DNA from: Hormiphora californensis
Lineage: Eukaryota; Animalia; Ctenophora
DNA length: 64,000 nucleotides
Assembly: GCA_020137815.1 (NCBI GenBank)
Contig: CM035352.1
Coordinates: 1,860,001 to 1,924,000, forward strand
Reading direction: 5' to 3'
Each line of letters opens with the position of its first letter. Position 1 is the stretch's first letter. A model generated the notes under the pieces. That model saw only the letters and a list, made by a program, of their open reading frames with translations. It was not told the origin of the DNA and did no database searches. A program made the translations under genes and the position numbers. This document shows, one piece after another, positions 57,101-64,000 of the stretch.

Positions 57101-58986
57101 GAATAGTGGTGTCCCTAGAAAATAATAAATTGTCATTAAAACATCACTGACCATTATATTGTCAAAATCCTGATCCTCGGCCTGATAATATCATCAGAAT
57201 ATTGTGAACTGAAGCAGAGTCGGCCTCGGGTCGTATGGTACCCAGTCACACTAGACAAATACAGCTATAATCCCGAGGTCAATTGCTGCAGTGATGATAA
57301 ATGTCAAACTCCACCTCGCATATAATTGTATTTAGAACTATAATAAGCTATCAGACCCGCATTGCCAGACAGAGTTCACATGATGGGTTGGGTGGGTGGG
57401 CCCAGGGCCGCGGGTAACAGATATACATAGGAACGATGAAGTCATGAAAGTGTTCTTGGTATTACCAGAAAACGATACCCCGATCGGACAAGCAGCAGCA
57501 GCCAGCTACTGCTCGTCCGATTACTGAGTAAGTTGTAATCGTAAAGACACAGAAGTAACAAAATTAAGTTATAAAAAGTCATAAAAAGTGGGGCCGGGGG
57601 TAAAAGTAAAACATCTGCGATGTGTTGATAACAAGAGTTTTGCGCTATACTCACATGACCGTGACGTCGTGGGAGTCAGGTGTCAGGATGGTGATAAACT
57701 TGTTAACGAAATTATTGAAGCATATTCACCAATTGGTGACGCAGTCACCCCTCCATTACCAGCCGCGTGAACATAAGAGGGGATGACATCACCAAATTCA
57801 CCAATCACTATAATAATAATATCTTCCCTCTTATCTCCCAGATTTGTTTGGAGTGTAAATGTATGAAAGCGGAGACGACCCATCACTGCTCAATTTGTAA
57901 GAAATGTGTTCTCTATATGGATCACCACTGTCCCTTTGTCATGGGATGTGTCGGACAACACAACTTCCACTACTTCTACTCCTTCATGGTGAGTAACGTG
58001 ATGCCCATATATGGTGTTTTCTGTTACGTGATGCCCATATATGGTGTTTTCTGTCACGTGATGCCCATATATGGTGTTTTCTGTCACGTGATGCCCATAT
58101 ATGGTGTTTTCTGTCACGTGATACCCATATATCGTGTTAACTTTCACTATTTTCACTCCTTCATTGAGAATCTGCCATAGCGAGAAAAACATAATTGGGA
58201 TCTAATTGATACACCAGATTGTGTCTGTGTGCTCTGTGCTGCCTGTATTTGTCTTGATACGCATGTTTACATGTGCAGACACTAACTGCAAATGTGTATA
58301 CCGGATGTATACAATGTACTCACACTATCTTTTTCAGATGTATTTCTATACAGGAATGTGCTATGCCGTCTACATGACCGTGGGGCCCTTCTTTGGTTGC
58401 CATGGTAGCCCATACAGAGAGATTACATACGACTGCGAGCAGGTTACTGATATTTGGGTGTATCCACTGCTTATCTGCCATTGTCCGCCTGTTTCCCGAA
58501 TATTCATCACCTTCCCAGTCCCCTTTGTACCAAATCGAACAACCCCATATCATTTCTTACCCCACACCCCACCGAATATAACTTCCCCTAATATCTCAAC
58601 CCCACTATCATATACAGGTCAGTATCCTGAGTATTCTATACGTTGTACTGATGTTGAACATGTTCGGTGCTACCTTCATGAATGCCTTTAACACCCTCGC
58701 TCTCCTCTCTAATACCTCCACTATGAGCTGCTTGTTGGACGGTATTAATGCGGGATTTAAGGCAGCCATCATCAACTTCATTTCCTCAATCAGTCTGGAT
58801 AATTTCTTCAACCGCCGATCTCGCCTTTACATTCTGGTGGTTTCCAAGCGGCGCCATCCCCTTCTCTTTTTTGTGCCACCAGTAGTAACTACCCTGAAAC
58901 TAGTTGTAAAGCACTGTCGGACGAAACAAAGGACAATTAATTTCAAGCTTCCTCGGATGCCAAAAACTGGAGGTTTAATAGCTTAG
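54130..58986 (+). CDS. ZDHHC: DHHC palmitoyltransferase; exons ~54130-54290, 54412-54581, 54918-54993, 57842-57988, 58338-58442, 58618-58986
   Basis: NY....TDPG, CLECKCMK...HHCSICKKCVLYMDHHCPFVMGCVGQHNFHYF; TM segments. Phase mismatch between exons 3 and 4 (missing base or missed micro-exon). Confidence 0.85.
55208..57097 (-). CDS. Nested 7TM / rhodopsin-like GPCR-type membrane protein, 315 aa; exons 57097-56986 and 56043-55208
   Basis: Phase-1 GT-AG intron 56985-56044 joins MAFGIIMMIAG to FLGILLNLNSICYIW (TM1 with Asn); about seven hydrophobic segments; last helix ILANPVLIMW followed by RRGCLQCC. Confidence 0.7.
56174..56962. mobile_element. Foldback element with ~290-bp near-perfect inverted arms, TA-flanked, inserted in a CAGTCGG MITE remnant
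   Basis: 56174-56462 is the reverse complement of ~56674-56962. Confidence 0.85.
57996..58135 (+). repeat. 30-bp tandem repeat just after the DHHC exon donor
   Basis: ACGTGATGCCCATATATGGTGTTTTCTGTC, ~4.5 copies. Confidence 0.85.
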
Positions 58987-59512
58987 AACTCACCCCATAT
59001 CTATAGTTTTAGTCTCTCTCTTTATCTGTCTGAGCCTTGTTTGGGATTTGTACATGTCATACACCACTTAAAGCGATTCGTGTGAATATATTAAGACGAA
59101 CTGTTTGTTGTTATGTACATAAATATCTTTTTGAGTTTCAAAGTATACATAAACAAAATCGTTGTGTGTACCTCGAGAAGGGTGTGTAACTTGCTGAGTG
59201 CTTTGCGTATGCCGCGGAGACACCGCAAGACTGTTTTGTGCGCGAAATACGCGCATCCAAGCGCGCGTCACTCAGGGCGGCTTGAAATTTCTCTGAAAGT
59301 TGCACCTGAAGTGGCCACGTCCCGCGGTTGTGACAGGTGTCACAGCAATTATTTAAGGGCCGCCAGTTCATTCAGTAACCTCTGGGAACATGTTACAAAC
59401 CAAATTATTTTGTAGCCTTGTTCGCCCTATTCTATAGTATAGTGTGAGCGTTGGCACGAAGATTTTGAAAATACGCTGCAGTGCGCTTCGATGCTTGGTC
59501 CAGTACGATAAA

Positions 59513-60513
59513 AAAGTCGGATTTTTTGAAACTGTCACCCCCCTTTTCGTGCGCGGAATGTTTTTGCGCGTCACATCACATGTTAACGTGTGGTGTGTGC
59601 GTCAAAATTGATAAATTTCACATGCGCGGTCATTTTGGGGTGACAGTTTCAAAAAATCCGACTTTATGAGGCCCCTCGGAAATGTTCAAGTCATGCACAA
59701 TCAAGTCACGCCCACCAATCACAGCTCAGAACGCGCGGAGTGCTTCGCAATGCGCGTGCGGTCGTTTGCGCTTTTAAAATTGTTTCGAAAATTCGGAGAT
59801 TTTTCCTCGGTGTGTCGAAAAAGTTAAAAAGTTTTTCAAAAGTGTTAACTGTTAAGTGAGAAAATGTCAATCCTTCGTACTTCGAAGAGGCCTCTTAGAA
59901 TACGGGGTAGTTCACGTTTAACTCCTTGATTCTAAAGTCGGATTTTTTGAAATTGTCACCGCCCTGGGTGGCGCGCGATGTTTTATTTATATTTGCACGT
60001 CGGAAACTTGTTTTCGCGGTTTTTTGGCTCTCACGCCTTTGTTTCTTGGTCGATTTCCTCGATCAAAAGTTTTACGGACTCACAAAATTATGCTCTTTCT
60101 GGTGGTATGCGATTTTATGCTGTAAGGTGAGAGGAAGAGGGGGCTGTCACACACAAATACGACGCCGCGCTTGAAAAGGGGGGTGACAACTTCAAAAAAT
60201 CCGACTTTATCGTTTTTCTGTCCGTGCGGGTTAAAGTCCGATTTTTAATAATGTGAACGGGGGGCGCGCACTTAATTCCACTTAATTCCATTTGCACGTG
60301 CCGCGTGCTAAATTCTGTTCTTGAAAATCTTAAGACTTGATCTCAAAAGTATCGGAAAGATAATTTTAAGACCTTTTCAATGCAACCAAGATCAGGTCTT
60401 TATCTTATCAGGAGCCAGAGATATGATCGAAACAATCAAAAAAAAACTTTCCCACGGTGCGTGGGAAAGTTTTTTGCGCGCCCCCGGTTAGCATTATTAA
60501 AAATCGGACTTTA
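59513..60513. mobile_element. Cluster of three AAGTC(G/C)GA-terminated MITEs (59513-59665, 59935-60207, 60234-60511) upstream of RdRP
   Basis: Paired TIRs; the first two match the family at 35101. Confidence 0.75.
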
Positions 60514-60657
60514 TCGCGGCTTGCCACATTTGACATTCCTCTCTGCGTGACGTGGTATTTGGAGTTTGCTGCTTTTCAACTTCATAAAATCCCCTGAATG
60601 TATTTTAGTATGGCTTCATGGCATTAACATTACTAAAGTTTGAACTCCAGACTGCCA

Positions 60658-63617
60658 ATGGCGAATAAGGCTAGTTTTGTATTGAAACACACGCGAGACT
60701 GTGATGGAGATACAGAAACAGCCAAGGACTTGATACACGATCTCCTGGATGAGATAGATGCTGAACTTGTTCAGGAGCCCGAATATAATGCTGACTATGC
60801 CAGCTTTGAGTTTGAATGTCAATCTGACAGTCCCTTTGAGTACTATCAAACTGTAGAAAAGTGGTGCGAGGAGAGGGAGTATCGGGGTTGGTGTAATATC
60901 AGGAAAAATACAAACATGACCCTACCGTACTACTCACATGTGCTCACTGATTTATCCGAGCTGTCAATTGGAAATTTTCCTGATGTATCCCGATATATCA
61001 AACACGTAGAGCTGAAGCCCAGTAACTGTAAACGGATGCTCATCTCCTTCGAAAATGATGTCCAGAGGGTGACATGTTTCATCCTTACCACGGAGGAGTG
61101 GTATAAGTTGGAGTTTGAATTCCGGTCTGTGGAGGGTTTTGTAGTGGGGGATTTGTTTTCTGACGAGTTCACCGTCTACCTACCAATCAGAAATCCCCCT
61201 AAAATCTGGTGTGCCTCGGTCAACAAAATAAAGATCCAGGAGAGATGGTTACGGGAGAACAGGCAGGAAAAGGTTGGGGCGATGACCGATGAAGAGTTTC
61301 AGGATGAGATGATTAGGACGGTGTATTTTGATCGGACTAACAGGGTCGCATCATGTAACCCAGAGAAACTTGGTTACTGCTCCGTGTTTCAGTTTTGTAT
61401 CCAAAGTATCGAAAACTCAGAACTTAAGATTGAGATGCACAAACAAGTGATTGCAGGGTTTCTAAAACACGGATACACCGTGTATTTCTCGGCTATAGAT
61501 CCAAATGGTGAGATTGTGTACCGACAGAATTCTGTCGATAAATTACTCCGAGCGATCCCCCCGCATATCGAGAGTTCCCGTAGTTTGTTTGCAGTGCGGT
61601 ACTCCATCATGATACTATTGTCGGCTGGTACTCGACTAACAGACCACCTCACGCTGGGTCAACCTGTTTTTAACGCCGTTAAATCACTGATCGGCTCCCT
61701 CCGATCCGAAGAGGACATCGTACCACTAACAAAAACATTCGCTCTCCTGTGTATGGACTTGGACAAGCGCAGGTTCCTGAATATCTCTGAAAAACTAAAG
61801 GACATGTTTGAGGTCCAGAAGGAAGCGTACTATGAGAAGGACATTGTATTACAAAAACAGCGGAATTTCAGACTAGTCCGGAGGGTGACAATTACACCGA
61901 CCAGGGTTCTTTTTCAACCTCCCGAGTTAAACGCAACGAACCGAGTCCTGAGGGAGTACGGGGAGGACAACTTTATCAGGGTCAATCTGAGAGATGAGGA
62001 TATGGGACCATTGAATATTGGCGTTGAGGATCAGATTACGGAGGAAAATCCGGTACGTATTGCTGGGGGGGGGGGATACGGTTAGTGTTTTGGGGTAAGT
62101 TTTATGGAAAATGTGAGTTACAGTTTTGGTTAATTAGGGGGAGGGTATAAATTGGACAACCAGAATACACGCAGTAGTCGTTTTATGTTATATTTCACAC
62201 ATACATACACTCAGTTTGGAGAACTAGTGGTACGACAAAACACGGTATGAGTAACTGTCAATCGATTATTGGTTGTGTGTCGGTGCTGCTGTGTCATACA
62301 TTGAAATGGGAGTTGTATGTAATAGTTCGTTTTGATTTTGGGCAACAAACACCCCGGTGTCCCAGGAGTTTATTTTGGCCGGGAATGGCCGTTTGCCTGT
62401 GGCCGATTTGGCCGATTTTTTGATTTTTGATTTTTGACCAATTAGGTTCAATTATGGCCAATTAGGGTACTTTCTTGACCCCTGAGCACTTTAATAAGTA
62501 GCTCACGTGATTCAGCGTGCAAAAATAGGTGGGTTTAGTGCCCAAGTTTGATTTGTTGATGAAATTTCAATTTTCGGTCTTTTTGACCGAAATATTCCTG
62601 TTATTCCCCCCCTATTCCCCCTTTTTACAGGTAGATTTTGGCCGAAAAGCCGAAATATTCCTCCTCTGAGAGGAAGACTGAAAAAAGTGGGAAACAATTT
62701 GATAATAAAATGAAAATGACGTAAACCGACATATTTCGATACGCTGAATCACGTGAGCTACTTATCAAAGTGCTCAGAGGTCAAGAAAGTGCCCTAATTG
62801 GCCATAATTGAACATAATTGGTCAAAAATTGAAATTTCATGAAAAATATCAAACAATCAAGCTTGACCACAAACCCCACTAATTTTGGTACGCTGAATCA
62901 CGTGAGCTACTTTTTAAAATCCTCTTATGCCAATTAAGGGAGCTAATTGGCATAATTGGATGTTAATTGGTGATTCTGAAGGATGTATCATAGCCATGTC
63001 ATTACCCACTATCCCCACTAATTTTGGTACGCTGAATCTCGTGAGCTACTTTTTGAAGTCCTCAGATGTGAAAAAAGGGCCGAAAATCGGCCATAAGACA
63101 ATTTGGCCGACGGGAATGGTATTCCCGTATTCCTCTATTTGGGACACCGGGACAAACACTACATGTTCTCATTGACATCCTACCCAACTAGACCTCTAAA
63201 TTTCTCTCTCTCTCTCTCAGATAGTAAGACGAGTATCAGAGTTCTTTCACGGTGGCATCCTGATTGGTGATCAGAGCAGGTGCTATCAGTTCCTTGGATG
63301 CTCGAACTCTCAACTCCGGTCTGCTGGTGCTTGGTTTGTCTACGAAGATGAACAAATAACGGGTGAGTTGTTACATTGCACGTCACGCACCCAGGGGCTC
63401 TTGGTTTGTCTACGAAGATGAACAAATAACGGGTGAGTTGTTACATTGCACGTCACGCACCCAGGGGCTCTTGGGCCCCGGAAAAATAAATAGGTGGGCA
63501 CAGTCACTAGGAGACGGTGAACTGAATGTGAACAGGGGGAATAGTTGTTACAATCCACTGTGCCCCAATCCTAAACAACTCACGGCCACGAAGCATCTGA
63601 GTTTTGGTATGTCTAAG
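60658..63617 (+). CDS. RdRP: Eukaryotic RNA-dependent RNA polymerase (RDR/EGO-1/RRF type), 5' part; exons 60658-62052 and 63221-63617 (contains a 70-bp duplication)
   Basis: LVRRVTITPTRV...PPE...NRVLREYG...FIRVNLRDED, then GILIGD..YQFLGCSNSQLRSAGAWF, the conserved start of the cellular RdRP domain. Catalytic DxDGD lies beyond the window. Confidence 0.88.
62430..63062. repeat. GCTGAATCACGTGAGCTAC foldback repeat in RdRP intron 1
   Basis: Inverted arms ~62430-62520 / ~62740-62830 plus extra copies; related to 5837-6183. Confidence 0.7.
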
Positions 63618-63668
63618 GTAAGGAGATGTAAATTTCATGATCCCCCTTGATTGGGTTATGGTATGAAA

Positions 63669-64000
63669 TGGTCGGTAAGGAGTGTGAACTGGTTGGTAAG
63701 GAGTGTGAACTGGTCGGTAAGGAGTGTGAACTGGTTGGTAAGGAGTGTGAACTGGTCGGTAAGGAGTGTGAACTGGTCGGTAGGAGTGTGAACTGGTCGG
63801 TAAGGAGTGTGAACTGGTCGGTAAGGAGAGTGAACTGGTTGGTAAGGAGTGTGAACTGGTCGGTAAGGAGTGTGAACTGGTCGGTAGGAGTGTGAACTGG
63901 TCGGTAAGGAGTGTGAACTGGTCGGTAAGGAGTGTGAACTGGTCGGTAAAGAGTGTGAACTGGTCGGTAAAGAGTGTGAACTGGTTGGTAAGGAGTGTGA
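63669..64000 (+). repeat. 21-bp tandem repeat GGT(C/T)GGTAAGGAGTGTGAACT, runs off window
   Basis: About 16 copies visible. Confidence 0.92.

Overview
Eukaryotic (metazoan) genomic DNA with GT-AG introns, many (CT)n/(GA)n microsatellites and many small inverted-repeat transposons. The style (compact same-strand gene runs, acceptor-like AG just before start codons, a nested antisense gene, divergent Smad1/Notum) suggests a ctenophore-like non-bilaterian; this is inference only. Left end: an apparently intact Ty3/Gypsy LTR retrotransposon on the minus strand, followed by a pile of nested MITEs. Then 13 host genes, all on the + strand: PM20D1, DHRS1-like SDR, TMEM229, AP-3 beta, SLC36, FAM8A1, Notum, Smad1/5, a small membrane protein, TatD, an orphan, a ZDHHC and a eukaryotic RNA-dependent RNA polymerase that runs off the window. 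A 7TM/GPCR-like gene is nested antisense in a ZDHHC intron, and a deleted Mutator element with a 9-bp TSD lies at 49.7-51.6 kb. The most unusual signals are (i) repeated tandem duplications anchored on exon-intron junctions, producing arrays of complete splice sites and one candidate newborn intron, (ii) operon-like clusters consistent with SL trans-splicing, and (iii) the RdRP. Exon coordinates were read by eye and may be off by a few bases.
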